In this document: piece by piece, positions 9,887-20,653 of the stretch | How the letters are laid out: every line of letters starts with the position of its first letter | How positions within the stretch are numbered: position 1 is the stretch's first letter | IMG/VR virus record: IMGVR_UViG_3300013126_000012 | Span: 95,587-159,586 of that record | Reading direction: 5' to 3' (one strand) | Length of the DNA: 64,000 bases | From: a virus | Made by a program: the position numbers and the translations under genes | The notes under the pieces: model-generated | Told to the model about the DNA's origin: nothing | Databases searched by the model: none | What the model saw: the letters and a program-made list of their open reading frames with translations, nothing else

Positions 9887-12019
9887 TTACTTTTTAGGTA
9901 AATTAGTACGTTTACCACCCGGCTTTCCCCATATTTTATTTTCATATGCAAATGCAATACGATCATAAACTTGTTTTGCCGAATAAGCTGATTTTAATTT
10001 TGGAGTAACGCCATCGATAAATGCAAATTTAGGACTATATACTATACTTAATATCCTTCTAGCTGCTTTTGCCGTTTCCGAGCTATCATTTAATTCTAAT
10101 TTCTTGCCATTACGATACAATAATCCAGTTAAGCTTTGATATTTTAAATCATATGATTGAATTCCTTGTAAATACTCAACTGTTGTGCCAGTGGATCCAT
10201 TTCTTGTAATAAAATATTTAACTTGTTTTGGATATTTTTTTAACATGTAACGAAGATCTCCATAAATCAAACGTATAATCATATCTACATAAGCTGCATA
10301 TGTTACCGCAAATGAAGGTGACTTTTTCAAAAAATATCTTTTGATAATACGATATACGGCTTCTCCGTCAATGCCGAATGCTAAAGTAGATCGTAAAGAA
10401 TTTATTGCTTCAATAAAACTAATTGACTTTGATATTAACTTCCATTGATATGTTGCTTGTGGCGTTATCTTTTTAGACTTATCAATATCTTTATCCATAT
10501 CTTTTTTAGGCGTTGTATCTTTTTTAGTATCGTCTTTTTTATGCGTTGTATTTGTATCTTTTTTAGTATCATCTGTTTTAGTTACAATAACCGGGTTAGG
10601 ATTGTCAGTTGTAGCAATTTGTTTAATAACATCTTTATTTGCAGCCACAAGTTGTTCATATAACTTATTATACATGTTAGAATTTTTAATTCTAGATTCG
10701 TTAATTCCTGTTTTTATTTCATTAGTAGATATACCAAATAACGCAGTTGTTAAAGAATTTGGCCAATTAGTTTCAGGCGTGTAACCTGTATAAACATTCA
10801 AATCTTTTAATAAAGCTTTAGATGTGTCACCCCAAGTTCCATACTGCGAAATAGGAACGTTAAGGAACTTTATAACTGAATTCCATTTTTCTACATCTGT
10901 GTAATTAGACAATACAATTTTTAAAAACTGTTGAAATTCATATACAGTCTTAGAATCCCATGTTGATGGAGTTTCAGATTTTGCTAAAAAATAATTTTTA
11001 AAAAATTTAGTTTTTGCAGCAGATGCATCATTTCTAGAATCATATGATATAAATTCTATATATTTATCTTTAGGTTTTATGTCTAATTCGCAAGCTGCAA
11101 TACGCGTTTTTAATTCACCAGAGTTTGTAAATTCATATGATGCTCCTGGTGTTTTATCTGGATCCAATTTATTAATAGTTAATTGATATAATAAATTTGC
11201 TTTTGCAATAGAATCAGAATCCCATGCTCCGGTAATTGTTAAACCTTGCTCTTTTTGAAATTGTTCGCAGGCCGCCCGTAATTCGCATCCAAATTTGTTT
11301 GAATTTTTTACTGATGCTAAGTTATTTAGTTGCGAACTAGCATTAGGATTTGTATAAAAATATTTAAATAATGATAAAACTGCGCTATCCGAATCTCCAA
11401 ATTTTAATTCTGTTTTAGGTACTGTTAATTTTTCTTGACCTTGAATCGTTTCTCCCGACGGGGTTCCTTTAAAGGATTTCCACTCTGAACTTTTTATTTT
11501 ACTGCGATCGAATAATAATGCACCTTTTCCAATTGTACCAATATATCCTGATGTAGATGAAGAAATAGATTTGTTTATTAAACTTCTACTAATATAAAAT
11601 GCAGGGAATCTATAAGTTGCAAATAATCGTTTTTCTTTTGGTTTTTTTCTTTTATCTAATTTAGAATCTTGCATATCAAGAACCCAAACGTAATCAGAAG
11701 AAGTTTTTGCTAAAAGACCCGCATCGAGCGTATTAAGTTTAAAAAGAGCTTGTTTTTTTAAATCTTCCGCAGACATTTCGAATTTTTTATCATCCCCGCG
11801 TCCGAATCGTCTAGTAATAAGTATTGCAGTTCCATCGGCAGTAGAATAAGTAATATTACTTTGTTTATCCGGCGACAATATTAGTGCATGCAAATCTTTC
11901 ATTAGTTTATCTTCTTCAGTATTTAATATTGCAGTTTGCACAATGATTGTAGCACCTTGTTCATGCAATGCTCTACGTATAATTTGCTCTAATATTATTT
12001 CAGGTTTCATTTGTTTCAT
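9887..12019 (-). CDS. Large late protein with peptidoglycan-binding-like segment
   Basis: LKFGDS...FG.ELRAACEQFQKEQGLTITG resembles PG_binding_1; leader IIRRALHE. Confidence 0.5.
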   Translation of the reverse strand: MKQMKPEIILEQIIRRALHEQGATIIVQTAILNTEEDKLMKDLHALILSPDKQSNITYSTADGTAILITRRFGRGDDKKFEMSAEDLKKQALFKLNTLDAGLLAKTSSDYVWVLDMQDSKLDKRKKPKEKRLFATYRFPAFYISRSLINKSISSSTSGYIGTIGKGALLFDRSKIKSSEWKSFKGTPSGETIQGQEKLTVPKTELKFGDSDSAVLSLFKYFYTNPNASSQLNNLASVKNSNKFGCELRAACEQFQKEQGLTITGAWDSDSIAKANLLYQLTINKLDPDKTPGASYEFTNSGELKTRIAACELDIKPKDKYIEFISYDSRNDASAAKTKFFKNYFLAKSETPSTWDSKTVYEFQQFLKIVLSNYTDVEKWNSVIKFLNVPISQYGTWGDTSKALLKDLNVYTGYTPETNWPNSLTTALFGISTNEIKTGINESRIKNSNMYNKLYEQLVAANKDVIKQIATTDNPNPVIVTKTDDTKKDTNTTHKKDDTKKDTTPKKDMDKDIDKSKKITPQATYQWKLISKSISFIEAINSLRSTLAFGIDGEAVYRIIKRYFLKKSPSFAVTYAAYVDMIIRLIYGDLRYMLKKYPKQVKYFITRNGSTGTTVEYLQGIQSYDLKYQSLTGLLYRNGKKLELNDSSETAKAARRILSIVYSPKFAFIDGVTPKLKSAYSAKQVYDRIAFAYENKIWGKPGGKRTNLPKK

Positions 12020-12034
12020 TTTATATAAATATGA

Positions 12035-12577
12035 TTACCAATCAATCATTACAAGTTTATTATTCCACACCATCACGTTGTCAGTTTTAAAATCTAAATC
12101 TAATTCTAAATCTGGAATATCTATTTTTTTAATGTCTTGTTGTAATGCTCGTAAAAAATTAATCAATTGAATATTTGTGTCGCGAGCACCATCTGCATCT
12201 AAAAAATCAAATATCGAAACTTCACCGCCTTGCTCTTGCGCATACGTTTTATAATTAGCAATGAATCGATTAACGACTATTTTTTGGTTACTTGATAATT
12301 CCGATGCTTTAGCCATTATATACATGTTATTTCCATCTACATAATATACCGGAATAAAAGTTGTATATCTGCTATAATTATCTACTAATTGTTCAGCAAC
12401 TCGGTATTCTTCTGTTTCTGTAGTTATTTTAAATAATTTATCTTCACCTTCAATTTCGTATACACGTCCATTATCGCCTTGTCCAAACAAAGAAAATTGT
12501 TTATTTTTAATTTTTTGCAAGATTCTGTTTAAATCTTTGCTATCTATTTCTACAAGTAAATTTCGTAAACGTATCAT
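12035..12577 (-). CDS. Minimal protein-kinase-like enzyme
   Basis: GQGDNGRVY, FKIT, DFKTDN catalytic loop, MIDW; leader MIRLRNLLVE. Confidence 0.7.
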   Translation of the reverse strand: MIRLRNLLVEIDSKDLNRILQKIKNKQFSLFGQGDNGRVYEIEGEDKLFKITTETEEYRVAEQLVDNYSRYTTFIPVYYVDGNNMYIMAKASELSSNQKIVVNRFIANYKTYAQEQGGEVSIFDFLDADGARDTNIQLINFLRALQQDIKKIDIPDLELDLDFKTDNVMVWNNKLVMIDW

Positions 12578-14151
12578 TATACACCTTTGAATGAAATATT
12601 TTTATCTAAATCTAATCGTATCAAAAAATTCATATCAACATCGCTACGTTTTTTTATAGGTTGTGCTAATTTTCCAATAGCTAATAGTTGGCCCGCATCA
12701 TCATATAAACCAACTGTTGTGATATATGGCGCAAACGTGCTTCCACTTACAAACGGAAAGTATGTAGAATCATCATCTCGCGTCAATGTTATATTCGTAG
12801 ACATATTAAAATCTCCAGCATCAACTTTTGCAATCGTAGAAAATTCATGAATTGTTACAGTACTACGATATGATGCAGTAAATGGAGATGCAATCAAATT
12901 GTTATAACGATAATCTGCAGACGATATCACTACTAATCCGTGTTTATCGAATATGTTACCGACATTTGCTGTTTGTAAAAATGTCCCGCCCTCGCTACGG
13001 TCTGTTAAAGAACTTATATTGGCAGTTGTTAGTGACTTATTAAAGATTCTAACTTCATCAATAACACCGTTAAGGTTTGAACTATTGGTGCTAAAACCGC
13101 CTAAATATACATCGGACGTATTATCTATACGCGCAGATGCAGTAAACGGAGAAAACGTATTAACTAATAAATTATTTGATGCTGATGAATGCAACGTACC
13201 ATTAATGTATAGCTGCATATTACTGCCAGATTTTTGACATACTACATGAGTCCATGATGCAGAAACTGCTATCGAAGATGTAATCTGCGAATAAAATGTA
13301 GTACTTCCAGCAATAGTATATACAATCTGTTTGTTTGCATTTAATTCGATTTTAAACGGATATGATGCTTGTAAACTACTCGATGCTTTTGCTATTATCA
13401 ATTCATTATTAGCTCCAACTGCTGAACTAGTTATAAAAAATGATACTGCATAATCATGATCACGATCATAAAATCCATCAACTGATTTTTTAATATAACC
13501 AGAACCCGTAAATGATGCTGCATATCCTATAGGTAATTGTAATCCATTAGTTGTTGGAATTCCTAAAACATATGTTACATTTGCACTTTCATATGAAATT
13601 CTAGATGTATCAAAATATTCATTAAATCCTTCATACCAACGTTCGCCAGTAGCAAATGATGAAGTATTAGTAGAAACATCATATACATTTCCGTATAAAT
13701 CAGATGCTAATGTAAATGCAGATCCGGTTAATGTAAAAGATTTTGGTTTAATTCCTTCGCCGATTTTTATTTGCGGAAATGAAAATATTGATGCACTTTG
13801 ATATAATGCTTTTTTAGTACGAGTTAAATCGGTAGGTCCATATGTTTTAAATGGTTGATCTTTGTACTTATAAAACATATGATTTATAGAAAAATATGTA
13901 ACTGACTGCAAACTACCATCTATATTCGAAGCATCATTATATGTTAAATTAGAACCCAATGCTGGAAGTTGATTAACATCGCTATAAATTCCTTGTAATA
14001 CTAGCATGCTACTAGTACTACTACCAGAAATATTAATCCATGATTTATTTGCTTGAAATGAATTAATCATTACATCTACTGGGTCTATTTTTTTAAAGAC
14101 TGTTGGATATATACCTTGATATTCTTCTTGTGTTATTCTTGATTCAGCCAT
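12577..14151 (-). CDS. LamG/concanavalin-domain virion structural protein
   Basis: WTHVV, LYING, GVIDEVRIFNKSL; C-term YITTVGLYDDAGQLLAIGKL shared with the next gene. Confidence 0.75.
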   Translation of the reverse strand: MAESRITQEEYQGIYPTVFKKIDPVDVMINSFQANKSWINISGSSTSSMLVLQGIYSDVNQLPALGSNLTYNDASNIDGSLQSVTYFSINHMFYKYKDQPFKTYGPTDLTRTKKALYQSASIFSFPQIKIGEGIKPKSFTLTGSAFTLASDLYGNVYDVSTNTSSFATGERWYEGFNEYFDTSRISYESANVTYVLGIPTTNGLQLPIGYAASFTGSGYIKKSVDGFYDRDHDYAVSFFITSSAVGANNELIIAKASSSLQASYPFKIELNANKQIVYTIAGSTTFYSQITSSIAVSASWTHVVCQKSGSNMQLYINGTLHSSASNNLLVNTFSPFTASARIDNTSDVYLGGFSTNSSNLNGVIDEVRIFNKSLTTANISSLTDRSEGGTFLQTANVGNIFDKHGLVVISSADYRYNNLIASPFTASYRSTVTIHEFSTIAKVDAGDFNMSTNITLTRDDDSTYFPFVSGSTFAPYITTVGLYDDAGQLLAIGKLAQPIKKRSDVDMNFLIRLDLDKNISFKGV

Positions 14152-14153
14152 AT

Positions 14154-14198
14154 TCAGTAAAAACCCTGCTACATTTAATATAAATATAACAGGGCTTA
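14154..14198 (-). terminator. Intrinsic terminator with late-promoter motif in its stem
   Basis: CCCTGTTATATTTA-TAT-TAAATGTAGCAGGG followed by TTTTTACTG. Confidence 0.6.
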
Positions 14199-14211
14199 AA
14201 TCAGTGTTGAT

Positions 14212-15501
14212 TTAAAAATCTAACTTAACTCGAACTAAAGCTTCGCGCTGAAATGATTTTAATAATGGTCTAGAAAGTTTTGCAACTGCTAACAATTCTT
14301 GATTATCATTATATAATCCAACCGTTGTAATATATGTTTTAGGATCGCCAATAAACGTTGATTGTGCAATTTGACCAACGCTACCAGTAACATAAGATGG
14401 GTTGTTTGAAAAATTATATTCTGCATTTTTAATTCGAACGAAATAATGCGTACTTGTTATTTTTTCTGAATTTCTTGCTTGAAACCCATATGGGTCCGCA
14501 GTTGATGGATCCGTAAAGAATGCCGAACCTGATATAGAATGAAATAATACAAAATGATTATTACCTTCTACACTTGAGCCAGTAACAGTTGCAAATCCTA
14601 ATTGCTGATCTAACATTTTTCCATCTAATATCAATGTACCATAATCTGGATATGCTAATCCGTAATAAGTAGGCGCTGTCGGATTTACTACACCAGAATT
14701 AATTGACCCTGATACAATATTATAAACTTTTCCACCATTGGTAGTTACACCCGTAGAAAGTGTTGAATCATCAATTAATTTAATAATAGTACTACCAGTA
14801 ACAACAGATCCGGTTGCATTAGTAGTTCTAGATGTAATACTTATCAGAGGCATTTCCCAATTTCCTGGATCTAAACTTTCCTTGATTCTATTTCTTTTAA
14901 AGTTTACAACATAAATATAATCTGTACTACCTGATCCAGCTGTTGTAAATCTCGTATCTGATGGATTCAATAAAAGTTGTCGATATTGAGAATAAATTGC
15001 TTTTGATGGTGAATCATTAAGTTGACCTTGCGAATCAGATCCGCTACCTAATGCATGACCAAATGCTAATGCAAATTGTACTGCAGCTGTTGAACTTGAT
15101 GGATTTGCTTGATAAACATCGATATAATATTTTCTTTGAGATGTTGTTTCAATCGATGATGTAAAGTATGTAGTTAAACTAGCAGCATTATCACTCCAAA
15201 CGCCAGCCGTTACCGTCTCTACTTGATTTGCAACAACATCATTAACTAAATCAAATTTTGTAAATGTTCTACCATTACGAGCTAAGATTTGCGATTGTTG
15301 CATTTCAGCAACCATTTGATTAGCTAACTGTTGTGCAAGTTGTTGTACTTGTTCATTGATAATTTGTGAAGAAGCAGCTGTAATATTTGTTGCATTTTGA
15401 ACTGCTTGCGTAACAGCTGGAGCTGCATTTAATGCTGTTCTAGGTACACCACCAATTCTTGGTTGTTGTTTTAATTTTGCAATGAATTCATTCATTTTCA
15501 T
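14212..15501 (-). CDS. Virion structural protein (baseplate/tail)
   Basis: C-term YITTVGLYNDNQELLAVAKL; lies in structural cluster. Confidence 0.65.
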   Translation of the reverse strand: MKMNEFIAKLKQQPRIGGVPRTALNAAPAVTQAVQNATNITAASSQIINEQVQQLAQQLANQMVAEMQQSQILARNGRTFTKFDLVNDVVANQVETVTAGVWSDNAASLTTYFTSSIETTSQRKYYIDVYQANPSSSTAAVQFALAFGHALGSGSDSQGQLNDSPSKAIYSQYRQLLLNPSDTRFTTAGSGSTDYIYVVNFKRNRIKESLDPGNWEMPLISITSRTTNATGSVVTGSTIIKLIDDSTLSTGVTTNGGKVYNIVSGSINSGVVNPTAPTYYGLAYPDYGTLILDGKMLDQQLGFATVTGSSVEGNNHFVLFHSISGSAFFTDPSTADPYGFQARNSEKITSTHYFVRIKNAEYNFSNNPSYVTGSVGQIAQSTFIGDPKTYITTVGLYNDNQELLAVAKLSRPLLKSFQREALVRVKLDF

Positions 15502-15514
15502 GTTAATATCCGTT

Positions 15515-16165
15515 TTATAAAGTTGCGGTAGTTGCTTTTCTAACCGTTAAATTCACAGTAATACTACCACCAGTTTCATTACCAATAATTGTAATCGTTG
15601 CAGTTTTATCTTCAATTAATTGAGTTTTAGCAACAACCCGGAACTCAAATCCAGCAACTGCGACACTTTGTGCATCTTCATTATCTCCAATAAAACGAGG
15701 TGTAGTTGGAAGTACTGATGTTTGTAATGCTCTTGTTACTTGAATATCCGCAACTGAAGAATCTGATAATATTGCTGTATAACCTAGGTTTGCATTTCCG
15801 CCTTGGAAATTACTTGTATTCGGCGATATTGTAGTACTATCACCAGGTGCTAATAATGTAACTGATGTGTTACCTACTGTAACAACCGGTATATTAGTTG
15901 TTTGTTTTGGTAATGTAATCAATTTATATTTTAGTGCCTGAGTTTCATCTGGAATCGCTTCTGTTATAGGCATATTTTCAATAATTGTGCCATAATATGC
16001 AGTTCCTAATGGATGATCTGGATTCCAAAGTGAATAGTCAATTTCATCATCGCCTAATGCAAACTGCGTGATATTAAACGCATTGCCGCCTTTTGCTAGC
16101 AATTCGCGTCCTTTCAATGTTAAAATTGCGTCAATTGTAACGCTGGTATTATCTAAGTATCCCAT
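15515..16165 (-). CDS. Virion structural protein (baseplate/tail)
   Basis: DAILTLKGRELLA...ITQFALGDDEIDY, typical of jumbo-phage tail/baseplate proteins. Confidence 0.65.
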   Translation of the reverse strand: MGYLDNTSVTIDAILTLKGRELLAKGGNAFNITQFALGDDEIDYSLWNPDHPLGTAYYGTIIENMPITEAIPDETQALKYKLITLPKQTTNIPVVTVGNTSVTLLAPGDSTTISPNTSNFQGGNANLGYTAILSDSSVADIQVTRALQTSVLPTTPRFIGDNEDAQSVAVAGFEFRVVAKTQLIEDKTATITIIGNETGGSITVNLTVRKATTATL

Positions 16166-16206
16166 ATGTTTTTACCTTATTTAATATAAATATACGCCAT
16201 ACTAAT

Positions 16207-19200
16207 TTATCGAGCTAAAACAAAACTACCTTGATCACCATATGATTGGTAAATCAATTGATTCGGATTCGCAGAAGACCATTCTGCAACTGGACCACCA
16301 TCGATGGTTTGAGTTGAATTAATATTAAAGCCTGGAGATGACATTTTGCAACCAGAATATCTTTGATTATCAATACCCGTTGGTAAATAATCTTGCACTC
16401 TAGCAAAACTTCCTGTAAATCTATTAGTTGAAGAAAATGTATACGAACTAGAACCATATGATCCAGTACCATAATAACCTATACTAACTGACGATGTGAT
16501 ATATTGCGTAGATTCTGAAGTAAATCTATATTCAGATAAAATACTATTTAAATATACTGGTTGTAAAGCATCACTTAACCAATATGGAGATGATGCTGTT
16601 ATCCACGAACTGCCAGATCGTAATACGTACTCATATGAATATGGTGTACTATTATAAGTAGCATCGCCACCGGTTATATACGCTTGCCATTGATCATCAT
16701 CTAGTCCCGCAATAGATAAAATATTTCCATCAAAACTAGCAGTATATAAAGAATATTCACCATTCGCCACCGGGCTAACGTTTTGCAACGATGCGGTATA
16801 TGTTGAATCAAATCTTTCTATAACTGGCAATATGGTATCTTTACTACGTTCTAATATATTTGGTTGAATTAATAATCCAACCATTTTATCTGTTCGAGCA
16901 GGAAGTAATTGTTCTAATTGTCGGAAGAATGATAAATCAAACAATGTAAACATAGAAATGTATGCATTGATATCATTTTTATTTTGATATTTCTTCCAAT
17001 ATGATTGCGCTGCTTGAATTAACTGCGGATATGAATTTAAATCTGCATTGCCTGGATCTCCGATATATTGATCTAAGTCCGTAAATCCGAATTGTGCAAT
17101 AACATCTTCGTCGATCATTGTTTGTGGAGAAAAATAAACTCCTAATTTTTTACTATCTAATGGAGCTTTATCAAATTGACTACGCTCTGCTCTTGTTTTT
17201 ATGTCTAAAACGCCAACCAATTCATTTTGCTCAATTCTAACTTTATTATCATCATATGTTCCTGCTCCTAAAGATATACCATCGTAGTAGTATGTTTCTT
17301 CAAGCGAATCATATGGTGTATTTTGAGTCCAACTAGCAAATGATGCTGATATAGTTGATGTTGCAGGCTGACTGCCTTGTAAACTTGAGGTTAATGAATG
17401 ATTAATTTTTTGATTAAGAGGTAACCTAAACACTAATTCAGAATATGCATCGACATTGCCATCATATGCTCCTGGTGCTTTTACATGATTGTTAAAAGGC
17501 GAATCGGACAAACTAGATGTCCATAATCTCAATTCTTGTAACTGTCCATATAATCTACTAGCACCTGCAGATGTACTACCTAATGTCAATGTACCAGTAG
17601 TGGCAAATGAAGCAGTTGCCGATGCTGATACTGCAGCTACAATTTTACCATACTTAGATTTTTTTGCAACTACTTCAAGCTTTGAACCCGTAGTTCTAAG
17701 TAATGTTGAAATCCAATCACCATTAAACATTTCAATATTGCCAGAACCAGTACCATTAATTTGTATAGTACCTAATGTTCCGCTACTAAAATCAATAGTA
17801 ACAACATTAGAACCAATTGTATACAAATTCATTGTGCTAGGCAATGTAGGATTTGTAATTACATCGTCTGTTCTAAATCGCAATTCAACTGATTGAATGG
17901 GCTGTGCGTAATTAACTGTAACGGTACCGGCTGCACTAGAACTCAAATCTAATGCATAATCAAAGTTTAGTTTCTCATAAATTGGAGCACGTTCTAATCT
18001 AGGTCCTCCATATTCTTTGATACTAATTAAAGACTGTGGAATTCCGTAACAAGATAATAGTGCTTGAATACTACGTTTTGTACCTTTAGATTTTAATAAT
18101 AACGGCAAGTTATTTACAATTCTTCGCCATATGGCATAAGTAATATCTTGACCTGGTACTGACGGATCACCAACCGAATTAGATCCAGTTAATGGTACGC
18201 CTGTTTCGGAAGTTCCTAAAACATATTGCCATAATTCTTGCGATTGATTTCCATCCGTTAAAGTCCACCCAAATTGTTTTGCTACAGAATATAACAATTC
18301 ATTCGGCATACCTAATTTAGGATTTTCTTCTCGCTTGTTAATGCGAGTCATATGATTTATGTATGTATACAAAATATCATAATGTTGACCAAGCATATTA
18401 ACAAATGTAGTTATACCATCACTTAGTGCATCGAATCTAATATATTCTGGTAATGCATAAACTAGAGCGTTATAATTTAATGTATCATATAGCGATGCCG
18501 ATGCATATACGCCATCATACCAAGAAATAAATGCGCTACTAGTTGTAGATGCCAACGTATACGGCCTAGTTGAGTTTGTTTTAGGTGCAGGAAGAATATA
18601 ACTTCCTGTTAACTCCGTTACTGTTGCAAATTCCGATGGTATTGGATTTGATGTTAAAATAGATGAAGATTGATAATATAAAAATTGCTCAAAATTATCA
18701 AATCCGCCAATTAGATTAGATTTTTTATTTTCAAAATCTGCAACATTCGTAGTCGCAACACTTCCAGATATTTGAGATGCAACTAAACTTTGCGATGCAT
18801 AAAATTCTATCAATTCTAATTTGTACTTAAAATTAGAAACGCGTTCAGTTGCGGAACTATAAAATATAAAGTTATTAAAATCTGAGTAATCAATGTTTAA
18901 CTTTATGCCAGATAAACTTCCAGAAAAATACGTATCAACAATTTGTTGCGATGTTTGTGTAGATGATCCTAATAAATCATTCCATGCACGTAATCCTGTT
19001 TCTGCAGATGTATTAAATGTAGCATTAGCATACCAATTTGGATTTGCCAATTGATTAAAAGATTTTTGAGGTATTATAGGAGTTATAGCTACTTTATCTA
19101 TATAAGTAGGTTTTAATTCTTCTACAATCCAACATTTAAAATCTGTAACTATATTTTCTGTTAATGGTTCATATAATTTAATGTATATATATTCGCCAAT

Positions 19201-19794
19201 AACTACCGTATTAACAATAACTGCAGTTTGATTTCTACTAAAATTTAGTAAATATGATTTATAAAATTGTTGAGTAGGCGATGTTGGATTTACTGACTGA
19301 ATAAAATTAACAATCTGTTGTGCGTATATTGGATTATCAACATCAATTGCACGTAATCGAATCTCGGTTCTATCAGGAGATATTTCATCGATGCGCAAAT
19401 ATTGTTCATTATAATCGCCAATCAGCGTTTTAAAGAAATTAACTGCAATTCTAAAATTACCTGCTGATAATTTTAAGTTATTAAATTCTTGCGAAATGTT
19501 AATTGCAATCGGCTGCGAAGGAAATCGAATCGGAGCTTTAGTATTTTGATCTACATAGTTTGGTATTTTAGATTGTAAAAGTATTTGATGATTACCCGTA
19601 ATCCAAGTATCGCCAGCATATACATGAAACTCAACTTTAATATCCGATGATTGATTTGCAATATCCGGAACATGTATAAATTTTGTATCTAATGCAGAAC
19701 TAAAAAATTCAGTTTTTGATTTTGCAATTCGTTCGCCTGTAGTAGATTTAGACGCTGATACAATTTGATTGATATTTTTATATTGCGTTAGCAT
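16207..19794 (-). CDS. Large baseplate-associated structural protein with LamG-like domain
   Basis: LLKSKGTKRSIQALL; GQLQELRLW; 1195 aa. Confidence 0.65.
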   Translation of the reverse strand: MLTQYKNINQIVSASKSTTGERIAKSKTEFFSSALDTKFIHVPDIANQSSDIKVEFHVYAGDTWITGNHQILLQSKIPNYVDQNTKAPIRFPSQPIAINISQEFNNLKLSAGNFRIAVNFFKTLIGDYNEQYLRIDEISPDRTEIRLRAIDVDNPIYAQQIVNFIQSVNPTSPTQQFYKSYLLNFSRNQTAVIVNTVVIGEYIYIKLYEPLTENIVTDFKCWIVEELKPTYIDKVAITPIIPQKSFNQLANPNWYANATFNTSAETGLRAWNDLLGSSTQTSQQIVDTYFSGSLSGIKLNIDYSDFNNFIFYSSATERVSNFKYKLELIEFYASQSLVASQISGSVATTNVADFENKKSNLIGGFDNFEQFLYYQSSSILTSNPIPSEFATVTELTGSYILPAPKTNSTRPYTLASTTSSAFISWYDGVYASASLYDTLNYNALVYALPEYIRFDALSDGITTFVNMLGQHYDILYTYINHMTRINKREENPKLGMPNELLYSVAKQFGWTLTDGNQSQELWQYVLGTSETGVPLTGSNSVGDPSVPGQDITYAIWRRIVNNLPLLLKSKGTKRSIQALLSCYGIPQSLISIKEYGGPRLERAPIYEKLNFDYALDLSSSAAGTVTVNYAQPIQSVELRFRTDDVITNPTLPSTMNLYTIGSNVVTIDFSSGTLGTIQINGTGSGNIEMFNGDWISTLLRTTGSKLEVVAKKSKYGKIVAAVSASATASFATTGTLTLGSTSAGASRLYGQLQELRLWTSSLSDSPFNNHVKAPGAYDGNVDAYSELVFRLPLNQKINHSLTSSLQGSQPATSTISASFASWTQNTPYDSLEETYYYDGISLGAGTYDDNKVRIEQNELVGVLDIKTRAERSQFDKAPLDSKKLGVYFSPQTMIDEDVIAQFGFTDLDQYIGDPGNADLNSYPQLIQAAQSYWKKYQNKNDINAYISMFTLFDLSFFRQLEQLLPARTDKMVGLLIQPNILERSKDTILPVIERFDSTYTASLQNVSPVANGEYSLYTASFDGNILSIAGLDDDQWQAYITGGDATYNSTPYSYEYVLRSGSSWITASSPYWLSDALQPVYLNSILSEYRFTSESTQYITSSVSIGYYGTGSYGSSSYTFSSTNRFTGSFARVQDYLPTGIDNQRYSGCKMSSPGFNINSTQTIDGGPVAEWSSANPNQLIYQSYGDQGSFVLAR

Positions 19795-20653
19795 TTATCT
19801 CCTGATTCCACAGATCTACATTTTTACTTGCATCTGATATTACCCAATATGATTGTAATGCATTTATTGTATGATATTGTGTATTATTGTTTTGTCCCGC
19901 TTTAGCGCCTATTCCAAATCTATCACCTATTTCAAAATCTGCATTTGGAATAATAATATCAACTTCTAAATCTTGAACTTCGTATTGATTGATAGATCCT
20001 GGAGTATTAGGCACATACTGCGATGTATTTTCAAAAGTTTGAAATTCTCGATTTAAACCCTGTTCGCCTGTTTTGATTAAAGAAAAATATGCAGTACCAA
20101 ATCCACTTGGTGCATCATAACGATGTTGCAATTTAATTCTAAAGCGTAAATCTATCCCTGAGTTTTTAATTTCTTTTGTTATAGTATATGTGTTTGGCGT
20201 TTGTTGTGGCAAGCCTTCTTGTACATCATCCATTAATATACCAGCATAATCCGGAACTGCTAAAATTTTTCTATCTTCACTAGGACGGTATCTTGCAAAT
20301 ACTGGATCTTGTAATTCTACTTGCAAATCTAAATCAAAATCTAAATCAACGGCTTCTTCTTCTATAATCGTAGTTCGAGCAGGAAATTTAAAATATCTAA
20401 ATTGCGTATCTAAAACCTTAAGAACAGATGCATTAGTAAATCGTTCGGTTACTGAATCAATTATTAATAACGGATTATTTGTATCATTTTCTTGCAAAAC
20501 AATATTACCTACTTCATCTCTAGGAATGATGTTAGTATTATTTGAAATGTAGTTTAATCCTTGGCGTTGATATAACGATTGAATTTGTCCATCTACCGAA
20601 TTTGGTAACGAACTATTAACAACTGGTGATTTTTGTGAATCATTTTTTGCCAT
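19778..20653 (-). CDS. Hypothetical structural-module protein
   Basis: ORF coupled within baseplate operon. Confidence 0.55.
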   Translation of the reverse strand: MAKNDSQKSPVVNSSLPNSVDGQIQSLYQRQGLNYISNNTNIIPRDEVGNIVLQENDTNNPLLIIDSVTERFTNASVLKVLDTQFRYFKFPARTTIIEEEAVDLDFDLDLQVELQDPVFARYRPSEDRKILAVPDYAGILMDDVQEGLPQQTPNTYTITKEIKNSGIDLRFRIKLQHRYDAPSGFGTAYFSLIKTGEQGLNREFQTFENTSQYVPNTPGSINQYEVQDLEVDIIIPNADFEIGDRFGIGAKAGQNNNTQYHTINALQSYWVISDASKNVDLWNQEINANAI

